DNA of 64,000 nucleotides from the human T2T-CHM13v2.0 reference genome, Homo sapiens, in assembly GCF_009914755.1 (NCBI RefSeq), contig NC_060933.1; one strand, 5' to 3'. A program made the translations under genes and the position numbers. Under the pieces are notes generated by a model. The model did not search any database, was not told the DNA's origin, and saw only the letters and a program-made list of their open reading frames with translations. Positions 32,883 to 51,903 of the stretch are shown piece by piece. Each line of letters begins with the position of its first letter. Position 1 is the first letter of the stretch.

Positions 32883-32987
32883 ATGAAAGAAAGGCTTGAT
32901 CATTTTGCAAGGCCCACACCACGTGGCTGAGAAGTCAACTACTACAAGTTTATCACCTGCAGCGTCCAAGGCTTCCTGAAAAGCAGT
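32883..32987 (-). CDS. TXN: Thioredoxin-1 exon 2 (TAFQ...WCGPC...PFFH), 105 nt, active site at 32907-32921
   Basis: ttag|ACT GCT TTT...TGG TGT GGG CCT TGC...TTT CAT|gtgagt; translation matches human Trx1 residues 9-43. Confidence 0.99.
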
Positions 32988-33110
32988 CTAACAGCAAAAG
33001 AAAAGCTTATATTAAATAAATAGTTAAATATTAAACCTTCAAAAGAAAGACTCGACACAATGACACAAAGCACATTCTGGAGGTCCTCCTTTCAGGACCT
33101 ACTTTTTAGC

Positions 33111-33111
<1 letters not shown>

Positions 33112-33142
<31 letters not shown>
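33112..33142. repeat. A31 homopolymer (U31 in the TXN pre-mRNA)
   Basis: Counted directly. Confidence 0.95.
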
Positions 33143-33147
<5 letters not shown>

Positions 33148-33472
33148 CAAACAAGCCAAATAAAACTCAGTTTGAAGAAATTCTATACATTGTTGGTAGT
33201 GTTACTTGATAAGATGAAACAAGATATGTGTAGAGTATACTGACATTCTCTTCATAACTATTTTATAAAATATTGTGAACTGGCTATTTTTTCTCTACAC
33301 CAAACAAAAGGAAAATAAAAATAGACATTTGTATTAAAAATGTTTCCATGTCAAGGCTAGGTATATGGTAGACATTCATTAAACACTTATGGATTATGAA
33401 AGGGGTCACTTGAAGTCACAAAGGCATAGGATTTTGCAATTGAAACATCACAAGTTACTTAAAGATAAAAGT

Positions 33473-33751
33473 TGGCTGGGCATGGTGGCTCACACCTGTA
33501 ATCTCAGCACTTTGGGAGGCCGAGGTGGGCGGATCACTAGGTCAGGAGTTCGAGACCAGCCTGGCCAATATGGTGAAATGCTGTCTCTACTAAAAATACA
33601 GAAACTAGCTGGGCGTGGTGGCATATGCCTGTAGTCCCAGCCACTCAGGAGGCTGAGGCAGGAGAATAGCTTGAACTCAGGAGGCGGAGGTTGCAGTGAG
33701 CCAAAATTGTGCCACTGCACTCCATCCTGGGCAATAGACGGAGACTCTGTC

Positions 33752-33785
<34 letters not shown>
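33473..33785 (+). mobile_element. AluS in TXN intron 1
   Basis: Dimer with a long A tail. Confidence 0.93.
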
Positions 33786-33788
<3 letters not shown>

Positions 33789-34187
33789 TATGACTTTTGA
33801 TTAAACTCATTTGTCTATGGTGGACCATACGAAAATCTAAAATTTTTTGAAAAGTCAAGGAAACTCACCTTTCCCAAACCTCAACACTCAGACATCACCG
33901 TTGACATAAGCATAATGGGGTTTCCAGAGCTGAGATCACACGTTTACCAACCTTTGATTTTTGCCCTTTATTTTAAAACTATACCCTTGTCATTCATTAA
34001 ATGAAAGTTTTCGTTCCTCATGAAGGAATTTTTTCATAGATATTATTTTTCATAAGGAATGCTTGTTAAATAAAATTCTCAGTAGAAATGATCAAGAAAT
34101 CTCTTACCACTAACTTCCCTGAATTATTTACTATCTAGATACTGTAACCCTGGGAACCGAATATTCTAGTTACCAAGGACTCATTTT

Positions 34188-34448
34188 TGTTTTGTTTTGT
34201 TTTTGAGACGGAGTTTCACTTGTTGCCCAGGCTGGAGTGCAAAGGCCTGATCTCGGCTCACAGTAACCTTTGCCTCCGGGGTTCAAGTGATTCTCTTGCC
34301 TCAGCCTCCTGAGTAGCTGGGATTACAAGCCTCTGCCACCAGTCCCAGCTAATTTTTGTATTTTTAGTAGAGACAGAGTTTCGCCATGTTGACCAGGCTG
34401 GTCTTGAACTCCTGACCTGAAGTGATCCACCCGCCTTGGCCTCCCAAA
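34188..34448 (-). mobile_element. 5'-truncated AluS in TXN intron 1
   Basis: TSD AAGGACTCATTTT at 34175-34187 and 34452-34464. Confidence 0.92.
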
Positions 34449-35776
34449 ACAAAGGACTCATTTTAACCACATTAGTACGTTAGTGCTGACCAAACCCAAA
34501 AACCAAACCAGAGCAATTAAGATAAATCAAAACATAAACATCTGTATCTGAAATCTAGGTTTTCTTCAAGGAAACAATGCTGGTCAAATAGGTTTAAAAA
34601 AAAATGAACATTCCCCGCCCCCCACCGCCACAAGAGGTCTCGTAAAGAAAGAAATCAAATAAATAAAAAACCATAAGATAAAAAACCAAATAAACAAAAA
34701 AAAACCCAACAAGAAAACACTAATATGACCTCATGTACTAATAGTTACTTCTCTAGATTTCTAATTTCTACCTCGTTTTTGGGAAAATAATTCACAAATG
34801 GTGTTCCTGAGAAAGGTAGGACAACACTTTCATAAATTTTTTAGTTATGCAAATCCCTGAACCCCACCTCTAGAGGTGGAGACATGGGGAGAGCTGCAGC
34901 AGGGTACATAGAAGTATAGCAATTGTTTTTCCAAATCATCACTTATTGTTCCAGATCAATTTCATTCAAAGCCTTCCCTAATGTGATTTTCAAGAAAGTT
35001 AAACCAGGCATCCTTTATTGCAAGATCCAGGTAAGACAGGAAAAAAGGTCAAGAAATGCCAATGTCTGGTTGAATAGACAGTTTTGTTTTTTTAACATGA
35101 TTAACCCTTATTAAAAACTTGAGATTACTTTCAAGAGGGAAGGTATTTCAAACATACTCAAGGCTTTTCCAAAACAGTTCTGAATCAAATTTAAGCACAA
35201 GTACCTAAAATTCTGAAAAGAGGCACGCAACAATAACTTTTAGCCTAACTGAACATGAGTTACACCCCACGTATGTGCAGGCTTCATGTACAAATTCTCT
35301 TCTGATACTTCTAAACGGGTATCAGCTTGAAAATTATTCAAGATTGTATTACTAAGAAGAAATCACAATTTCTAGCTCCCAGAAACTAACAGGATTAATA
35401 AATGTCTCCATCACTGACACCAATAATCTGGGGGAAGCAGAACAGTGTAGTTGGGGTAAATAGGAGCAAGAGTCTAAGATCTCGTTGCCTCAACATACCT
35501 ACTCTGAGGGTAATAAGTGTGAGTGGTTTCTGAAGTACTTAGCCAAGTGCCTTGTAGATGGGAGTTCAATAAATGGTAGGTGTCATTTTTTTTAAAAGTG
35601 TTTATTTCTTCCTCATCACATTTACAGTCAATTATTCCATTCCTCTCTGAAATAGATCCTAGTTGGCCCTAAAGCACCAGAGTACCTCAGAAACAGAATT
35701 GTTCTGAATGGCAAATGGTGCAAATTTAGCCCATTAGGATGAAAATGTAACATGTATTCAACATTTACAAATAACA

Positions 35777-36072
35777 GGCTGGGCGTGGTGGTTCACGCCT
35801 GTAATCCTAGCACTTTGGGAGCCTGAGGTTGGTGGATCACCTGAAGTCAGGAGTTCGAGACAAACCTGACCAACATGGTGAAACCCCATCTCTACTAAAA
35901 ATACAAAATTACTGGGCATTTTGGCAGCGCATGCCTGTAATCCCAGCTGTGCAGGAGGCTGAGGCAAGAGAATCGCTTGAACTCAGGAGGTGGAGGTTGC
36001 AGTGGGCCGAGATCGCGCCACTGTACTCCAGCCAGGGCAACAAGGGCAAAACTCCATCTCGAAAAACAAACT
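35777..36072 (+). mobile_element. AluS in TXN intron 1
   Basis: Dimer; ACAAATAACA on both sides. Confidence 0.92.
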
Positions 36073-37849
36073 AACAGACAAATAACAATCAAATTAGTGT
36101 AACTTTCGATCAATGACTTTGGATTGTTATTTTGAGGATTAATTGATTATCAGGGCCTTTGGGCCCCAGGCTGTAGTGCTTTTTTTAAAGTTCCTGTCAC
36201 CCTTGTACACCTTTGTCACTGGTAGAGGAGGAAGGTGCTCTGACATGCTCTGACAACTGGGAGGACTAAACTGTGTGCTCCAGAAATCCTAATCAACTTT
36301 GTTTGTAGTGTCTGGATTTTGGGACAACTAACATAGACCACTCAAAGGTCTTCTGGCTCAGTGGAGGGGGTTCTTAGCAGTTGGGTTATACTGAGGTTGC
36401 CAGACCCTGGAGAACAGAATCCCAGCCCCACTCCCTTCCCCAGGAATGGATTAATAATTTGTCACACAATAGGTGCTTGGAAAAAAAGTATATGAAAGAC
36501 AATTCACTACTAAGGATCTTTTCAACACATGAGGGCTGCTAAAATGAGAATCCCACTAAGAAAAAACTGATTGAGAGGAAGATAAAAGATGACAGTGGCA
36601 ATCAACATATGAGGAAAAAACACTGAGAGTCAATAATAATCAAAGGAACAAAAGGATCGGGGACACATTGCAGACACACTTCTGTTTCCGAAGCCCACCC
36701 GGCACCAAACAGGTCAGGGCACCCGAGGCGGGCGAGGACCCGCCCTCCTCTGCTTCCCGCAGGTAGGGAGGGGTAATCGCAGGGTAGGCGCTGGCGAGGG
36801 GTCTTCTACCGTTCGAGCAGTATCAATTTCCTCCACTCACTTTTCTGACGCTGCATTTAACAAATATTTCTGGAGTGGCTACATTGGACTAGACACTGCG
36901 CGTTAGGCTCTGGGTTTCCCAGTCTACAAGGTTTTAGGCTTGCAATAACTTTCAAACATGGGAAGGCTGTTTCGCCTTGGGCATTTTTAAGAGGACAAAA
37001 CAACGATCGGGATACCGATAGGTCGGCGAGCAGGCAGCAGGGCGCGGCTGCTCCCAGGAGGAACCCTGGCTCCAGCAAAACCCACCGACTGAGGGTGAAT
37101 CATGGACGGGCAGGGCAGCCGAGGCCCCCGGGCCCAACCTTGGGGACTCAGTCATTCCAAAGCCACTGCTGCCGGAAACGCGCCCTGCGCCACAGGAGTC
37201 CCGTGGGCGCGGCCCGGACCTCACTTCCTCGCGGTCACCTGGGGCCCTCGGGCCTCCTGGACAGACCTGCACGTGCCAGGGGGTCTCCAGCCGCAATCCG
37301 CCCCCTTAGTGCGGATACAGCACGCGTCACCTTTGGGGTCGGGCATGGGTGGAGGCAGGCGGGGGTCTCCGGCCTAGACCCGCTCCCAAAGGGAGATCAC
37401 TACCCCCGCTGCGGGTGGATCACTTCACATACGGAAAGGCAGCGGCGGCCACCGACCCGTGCCTTCTGCAAGGGCCCTCCCTATCCTTGCCTGGGGCCTG
37501 AATCTGGATACAGATGGGGGGCCAAGGGCGGACCCCTTCCATTCCCTCATCTTCCTCCAGTCGGGGCTGCCCGGACGGGAGGGTGCAGGAGGCGCAGCGT
37601 GGGGACTCCTCACGCTGTCTGCGCTCTCACATCCCCCGGACGCTCCCCGCGTGCGTGCAATCCCCCGAGGAACAGGGTGCGAGAAACGCTGGGCACCGCC
37701 ACTCCGCCCTCCAGGGGACCCTCGTCCTTCTCCTCCCTTCCTCCAGGGCAGGCTCCACCGCCTCGGGCGCGCCCAGGCCGCTGCTTCCCGCAGTCCCAGG
37801 CCGAGACGCCGCGTCCCTTTCCCCTGGCGATGCGGAGGGGCGGCCTCCG

Positions 37850-37895
37850 CACCTCCCGCCACCGCCTTCCCCACCTCCCGCCACCGCCTTCCCCA
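37850..37895. repeat. Perfect 22-bp tandem duplication
   Basis: (CACCTCCCGCCACCGCCTTCCC)x2 + CA. Confidence 0.95.
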
Positions 37896-37949
37896 GTTAC
37901 AGAGGCCGCGCGCGGCGCCGGCACCCTGGCCTTCCCCGGTAGCGCGTAC

Positions 37950-37973
37950 CTTGCTCTCGATCTGCTTCACCAT
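37950..37973 (-). CDS. TXN: Thioredoxin-1 coding exon 1 (MVKQIESK)
   Basis: Minus strand reads GCCAAG ATG GTG AAG CAG ATC GAG AGC AAG|GTACGC; strong Kozak context, GT donor, inside the CpG island. Confidence 0.99.
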
Positions 37974-38069
37974 CTTGGCTGCTGGAGTCTGACGAGCGGC
38001 TGTAAGGACCGATGGAAATGGATCCAAAGCACCAAACAGAGCTTCAAGACTCGCTGCTTGCTCTCTCCC

Positions 38070-38075
38070 TTTATA
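38070..38075 (-). promoter_or_regulatory. TXN TATA box (TATAAA)
   Basis: Minus strand GTTTATAAAGGG about 100 nt upstream of the ATG, implying a TSS near 38040-38045. Confidence 0.9.
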
Positions 38076-38149
38076 AACTGGCACGCCCGGCGTGCGTGTG
38101 GCGGGGGCGCGCGCGCCCGGCCGGACCTCCGCGCCCGTCGCTGCGCCCC

Positions 38150-38218
38150 GGCCACGCCCCGCCCCTGGAGCCTGCGAGCCGGGATCGGGGCGGGGCTGGC
38201 GCAAGCGTGGGGCGGAGC
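38150..38218. promoter_or_regulatory. SP/KLF GC-box cluster
   Basis: GGCCACGCCCCGCCCC (38150-38165), GGGGCGGGGC (38187-38196), GGGGCGGAGC (38209-38218). Confidence 0.8.
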
Positions 38219-38482
38219 TCCAGGGCTTCAGCTCCTGTACCCCCAAGCCCAGCTCGCACACCAGCTGGAAGTGGGGATCAGCACTGCGCGTGACGGTGGG
38301 AGGCGGGGAGACGGACAGTCACCCCCAGAGACACAAGGTCCCTCCCGGGTCACCTGGGGATGCGTCCGCCGGGCCTGAATCGAACACGCCCACGCTCGAG
38401 ATGGGGACCGCCCAGGCAGGGCTGGATTCCTCGAAAAGGGCCGCCACGCCCCGGCCCCCCCAGCCACGTGAACCCCACAAAG

Positions 38483-38493
38483 TGCTGAGTAAC
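38483..38493 (-). promoter_or_regulatory. Antioxidant response element (NRF2/sMAF), with an adjacent E-box CACGTG at 38465-38470
   Basis: Minus strand GTTACTCAGCA followed by CTTTG; matches the ARE I recall for the human TXN promoter, about 440 bp upstream of the TSS. Confidence 0.88.
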
Positions 38494-41400
38494 GGTGACC
38501 GGGAAGTATCTCGGTGTGTACGTCCTTGCCTCCTCTCCGGAATTTACCGTGACCGTTCTCTTCTCTGTAACCTCCTTCTGTTCTTTCATTTTCACTGCTG
38601 AGCCCGCTGCTCCAGCTTGACACAGCGGTTTAGTGCGGTAGAAACGACCGGGGGACTGGTTGGGCTCTTGACCATCAGACAGCTGCGTGTGAGATGGAAG
38701 TGCCACTGGGTTGAGCTCTGCAACTTAGTTACGCAGTTGTGACCCTGGAAAGGTCCTGACCTCCTGAAGTCTCAGTGTTTCCTTCTGTAGAACGGGAATC
38801 ATGATGGTCTCAATCTCACGGTGGTGGTATTTTGAGGGTTAATAGTGCTTGCAAAGGACGGTGCTTGGCACATAGTAAACACTCCATAGATAGTTCTTAC
38901 TGTTCGGTGTCTTGCAGGGACTGATTGGGCCTGGCCACCTTATACAGCATTTACAATGGCACAGCACGCACACTTGTGTGAGATTCTTCTAACAGAGGCA
39001 GACTCCTGGAACAGAAGTCGGAGTTTGCATTGATCCAGGAATGCCTGTTGCAGGTTATGTCTGGCAGGGCTGGGGATTGTGGAAGGTGGGTATGTTAGCT
39101 GGCCTTGTGGAGCCAGGAGGGCCTGTCAGCGGCTGGAAGTGGAGGTTGAAAAGCTGCTCACAGGAACGAGAGCTAGAAGGCTGGGAGGGAGAGTCCCAGG
39201 TCTGTGTTTTCAGAGCTGAGCTGTTCCCGATGAAGCTGCAACTAGGTGTGATTGCCTAGGGGTGGTGATACTGCTGCCTGGCTGCCCCCTGAAATCCCTG
39301 GCTTCCTTCTTTCACTCTTTCAGACAGAGGAAGGGAGGAAACCAGAGGTTTTGAATCTATTGTGCAAAGTTTCTAGGGGGCTGAGGAGCACGGAGCATGA
39401 ATATGGATATAGGCAAGGGACACATTCTAAAGACAGCCCATAGGGAGGGAAGACAGACTGCCCTGAATGCAGCAATGTTCCCAAAGAGAGGGAGGTTATT
39501 GGGGCAGAGAGGAAGGAGCTGTATGGAGCACCCAGAGCAGAATCTATAACCTGCTTTTCTGCTGCTGGGTTTTCAGTTCAGCTGCATCCCAGCTTCCTGA
39601 CTTTTATCTGTTTGTTGGTGAATTTGCATGGGTGATAACAACAAATCATTGAGTTCCAGGAAGGGGCAATGCAGGCCATCCTCAGCTGACTTCTCTCCAA
39701 AGACCTTCCAAATGTCCAGTGACTCAGTGAAGGAGGTACTCCCTCTCTCCCACCTCCACAGCACCAATGCAGAGTAGATGTGGAGGATGGTACAGTTATA
39801 AGGAACTGGGAGGCCAGTCTGGACTCTGCAATTTGACTCCGTTGTCCTCATCCCTACTCTACCACTTCATGACTGGGTAACTCTAGGCAAGTCTAAATAG
39901 CCTTTTTGTGCCTCAGTTTCCTTATGTGAGAAGTGGGCGTAATAATAGCTTGTGCTATTATAAGGGTTGAGTGAACTAAAATATATGTAAAATGCTTAGA
40001 ACCGTGCCTGGTGTGTAGTGAATGCTACATGAACTATGATTATAGGCTATTAAATGAATGATGAGATCCATCTGGAATGATGGCAGAGCTAGGGTGGAAG
40101 GAGAGATTATAAAACAGGTGTCAGTCTTAAATGAATTAAGTAATGAAGACAGTAGTAATGAACAGTGAGCTCCATAACATAAGCCTCAAAGGAAAAGGCC
40201 TTTTTTTTCCCTGCAAGGAAGAAAGAAAAGTGGGCTGCACCTGGTCCCAAGGAGCAGGTTCCCTGCATTTGTGGCAAGGAGGTGACGTTCTTTGAGGAGA
40301 GTGAGGTACAGGGGAATTATTTGGGACTGCCCAGAGAGGAAGCGTTCATTTGTGCAGAGAAATGTAGAGGCTCTGTGTGTTAGTCAGAATTTTCAGTTGC
40401 AAGGAGAAATTCTAGCTCAAACTGACGTAAAGCAAAAAGAGAATTAGTAACTCAGATTAGCAAGAACCCCAGGGGCCTAATGATGTCAAAGGGCACCATC
40501 TCTCTTAGTTTCATTCTCAAGTAGGCACTCTATGTAAGAGTGGAGTAGGCAGCTCCAGACTTAGGTTCTTACTAGTTTAGTATCTCTACAGGAAGAGTGT
40601 TCCTCTTCCTTGTTCTTATAAATGTCTGAGAGGCTGACCTTCACTTTCATGGTGGGGAAAGGGATTAGCCTTGCTTGAAGCTTTGCACTAAGAGTAGGGA
40701 AAATCCAGGGGGTTACCAGAAAAGGGGAGATTGCTGCCGGACCAGCAAAAATGATATTTTTATGTCACCCAGAAGGGCGGAAACATGTAACAAGGGTGAT
40801 GGGCCTGCTTCAGGCCTGGGTCAGCTGAGTCCAGCCTCCACATGGGACTGGAGAACTGGGTCAGCTGTCTTTGTTTGGGTCTCAACTCGAATTTGAAGAA
40901 AATGTAATTGTAGGATTTCTGAAACAAGTTTTTCTCACATCCCACGTGTCTCTGAGTGGTTCTTGACCACCTAATTCATCATAGCCAAAGGTGCTCGATG
41001 ATACTGCACATTCCTGGACCACACCCAGACAGACATACAGAATCAGTCTTTTGAGGTAAGGCTTTGTAATCTGCATTTTTAAAAAGCATCTCAGGTGATT
41101 GGGTACACTAAGATTTGATGAGCTTTGCCATGGGACCTTCAGAGGGAGGCCAGCATTAGTTAAGCTTCAAGACTGTGTCTAGCAAGAGAGTTGAGATGGG
41201 AACTCAAAAGAGAATGTGGTAAGTGACATAAAATCAGGAGCTCGAAGTACTACAGTAAAAAAAGTGGTAGAAGGAAAAGGAACAAATTAACCTGGGTGGG
41301 ACAGTCATTAAATGCCAAGCCTAGAGTTGGGCGTGTCTTATCATTCCTCTCAATATCCCTTAGAAGATAGACATTATTTTTCCTATTTTACAGAGAAAGA

Positions 41401-42019
41401 AATTGAGATTCAAAGAGGTCACCTAGTCATATCCAATGTTCACTAATTCTTATACTCTGTCCATGAAGGGTGGGAAGTATCAGCACAGTTCTCAAGCCCA
41501 TCTGCATATATTAAGTACTCCTCATTTCACCAGTGAAAAATATCTGACATCCCTTATGCTAATGTGCCGTATATTACAACACATCAAATCTTAACTATTT
41601 AGATTGTAAAAACTAATTTACGCATAACTATATCACACTTTAATTGCCAAGTATTTTAATGTAAATTTCAGATAATATAATAACCCCTGTGAGTAACCTA
41701 CCCTGCACATCACTGCTCCTTATAGCCCTTAATTTGGTCCAGTGGTCACCCTTGCTGCCCGCTTGAGCCCTTTCACCATGTAGCATGGAATCATCTGGAT
41801 TCAGCAAGCACCACTGTATTCCCAGATGTTTCTTTTTGCTTTAACCGAAAGTTTTGCCCATCTCAGTGTATATCATTGCATGACATACAATGCTCCATGT
41901 ATGTCACAGCCAGGCGGTAAGGCAAGTGCTTCCCTTTGCTGCATCCAGATTCTTTCTCCTTCCAAAATCCCAGATTTTTAGAAAGAAAAAAAAAATTTTT
42001 TTTTGAAAGAAAAAGGAAC

Positions 42020-48280
<6,261 letters not shown>

Positions 48281-48693
48281 AATAAGGATAAGGATATCTA
48301 TTCTGCCTTTACCAAATAATCTAATGTAAATAAATATGCTTTGCAAATTGTAATAAAAAAGAGAGAGAGAAAGAAGAGAGAAGAAAAAGGAAAAAGAAAG
48401 AGAAACCTTTCCCATAGAAGCCAGGTGAGACCAGTTCCTTGTAATCATACTTTGGAAACCTTATCACTCCTAAAGGAGTGAATACCAGAAGAATATCTTT
48501 GCCCAGTACCATTAACAACTGGTCTAAAGCCAAGAGACAGCCTGGCTGTGGTGGGAGGACAACTTGCTTATCTATGTCTACTAACCAGTAAGTGTATATT
48601 TCTAATCTGCTCCTTACCCATATGGGTGTTGGTGTTCTGAATCTTTCTGTAGCACTCTATGAACAATGCAATCATGCATGATTATTTTTATGA

Positions 48694-49006
<313 letters not shown>

Positions 49007-49173
49007 ATGAACAGATAAACTTTAAGGAAAAGAGACTGATCCCAAAAAAGACTTTTTACATGATTGGATCTTTTAGACATAAACAAATGTAAAAGTGCCA
49101 TTAAAATGCATGGTTGTCAAGGATGTCTAACCTTAGAACCATTCAAAAATCACTTGACTGCAAAAGTCATTAA

Positions 49174-49515
<342 letters not shown>

Positions 49516-50176
49516 TGACTCAAAATTGTTCTTGATGTTGGCAACTTTGAGGGTACAGTCAAGGTGGCATATGCCAAGATGTAACATGTTATCACTGGAT
49601 TTTTATGTTGTATTGGCCTTGAGCTTTTATCATTGTAAATTGGTGTGTTTATAAAGCATATGTTCTATCATAACCCTCCTCCTAAGGAAACAGGGTCAGT
49701 GCTTGAATAAGAACCTTTATCAGCAAAGGGAAATAGAAGAGACAACATGATTAAAAAATGTAAGTAACTTTTGCCAGATATGAGGTCCTCTTTGCTTTGC
49801 TAATAAATGATGCCTTTACTCCAATAAAGCGCTTGGAAAGCCTAATTCATAAAAAGATGCTATAAATTTATTGAGCTAACAGAAATGTTTCTGAGAGTTC
49901 ACAATTGGTGGTTTGCAAAAACACTCTCCAGACCAAAAAATTAGGAAATATTTAATAGGAAATGTAAAGCTTTAATGGCAAAAAGGAAGAACTTTTGATC
50001 AATTGAAAGCATTCTGGCTAAAATGACTGTACGAAATCTGATATTATTTGAATTGTGTTTAAACCACCAATTTTGTTCTCCATCATGGCTTAACTTCTAT
50101 AGTGATCAAACTTGACTGTAGTCAAATAGATAAGAAGCATGAATGCCCTAAAGATAAGGTATTTAAAGTAAGGAGA

Positions 50177-50345
50177 GGTCCGGTTCAATGGCTCACATCT
50201 ATAAGTAATCCCAGCACTTTGGGAGGCTGAGGTGGGAGGATCATTTGAGCCTAGGAGGGGGAGCTTGCAGTGAGCTGCAATTGGGCCACTATGCTCCAAC
50301 CTTGGCAACAGAGCAAGATGCTGTATAAACTAACAAACAAATAAA
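50177..50345 (+). mobile_element. Monomer-length Alu (FAM/FRAM-like or arm recombinant)
   Basis: TSD TAAAGTAAGGAGA on both sides. Confidence 0.8.
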
Positions 50346-50516
50346 TAAAGTAAGGAGAAAGGGAAAAAATCACTTTGGCAATTTTCAATCTTGATTTAGT
50401 TCTGGTTTGCTCGTCTTTTGATTTTTGGAAAAAAAAGTTCAAATGTAAGAGCTTTTATATTGATTCATTGTAAACTTCCAAGTCTGGTAACTTTTAAATA
50501 ATAAAACCAGAAAATT

Positions 50517-50822
<306 letters not shown>

Positions 50823-51355
50823 TCAGAAAATTAAATTTTTAAAGAATCTAGTTTTGTATGTGGAGTAGTTCCTGGTGGCTCACGGCTGGGCACTTGGGTC
50901 CCCTCCACATGGCCTTTCATCCTCCAGTAGGTTAGACTGAGCTTCTTTTCAGGGCAGTGTTTGAAGAGGGTGAGAATGGAAGCTACAAGCTTTCTTGGGG
51001 TCTAGATTTGTAAGTCCTACAATATTACTTCTGCTGTACCTACTGGTCAGAAAAAGTCACAAGGCCTATCCAGTTTCAAGGGATGGGGAAATAGACTACA
51101 TCTCTTTATTCAAGAAGTATCACAGTTATATTGCAAAGGTGCTGACCTGTAAATATTAGATGAATCACTGGGACCATCTTTGTAAGCAATCTACTCTAGT
51201 CCTTATTTTCATGGCTCAGGAGACAGCTCTAGCCATAAAGCCCATGTTCTAAGCATCAGGATGGGGGAAGAGAAAAGGAGGGCATTCCCTCTATCTTTAG
51301 GAATATGTCCCAGTGGTTGCACATATTATATCCCTATCATTGATTAAAACTTAAG

Positions 51356-51653
<298 letters not shown>

Positions 51654-51903
51654 TTACATGGCCCCATCAAGCTACAAGAGGCTGGGAAATAGAATCTTTG
51701 TTCTAGATAGCCAAGTGCCCAGGTAAAAAGCATGAGTTCTGTGTACTGTAGAAAAAGAAGACTGGATTTTGGTGGGGCAAAAACCAATAGTATCTGCTAG
51801 ACATAACACAGGAATATATTGTACTAATTCAACTCCAAAAAATATTTTCACCTAATCCACATTTCTTAATTTCAAATTCCACTACTACTGCCCTGAGTCA
51901 GAC

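Larger units (their letters stand above)
36680..38700. promoter_or_regulatory. CpG island spanning the TXN promoter, exon 1 and proximal intron 1
   Basis: Visibly GC-rich and CpG-dense compared with the CpG-depleted flanks; edges approximate. Confidence 0.93.

Noticed and set aside
33081-33107. AGGTCCT-N6-AGGACCT hairpin followed by a T run, resembling an intrinsic terminator
   Set aside because: A bacterial concept that does not apply here; a 7-bp stem is common by chance.
37425-37973. 182-aa read-through of exon 1 into intron 1
   Set aside because: Explained by stop-codon scarcity in GC-rich DNA; there is a good GT donor at 37949, and a retained-intron transcript would probably be an NMD target.
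37095-38378. 427-aa + strand ORF antisense to TXN exon 1, plus overlapping ORFs
   Set aside because: GTG start, Arg/Gly/Pro/Ala-rich with no recognisable domain; long stop-free frames are expected in a CpG island.
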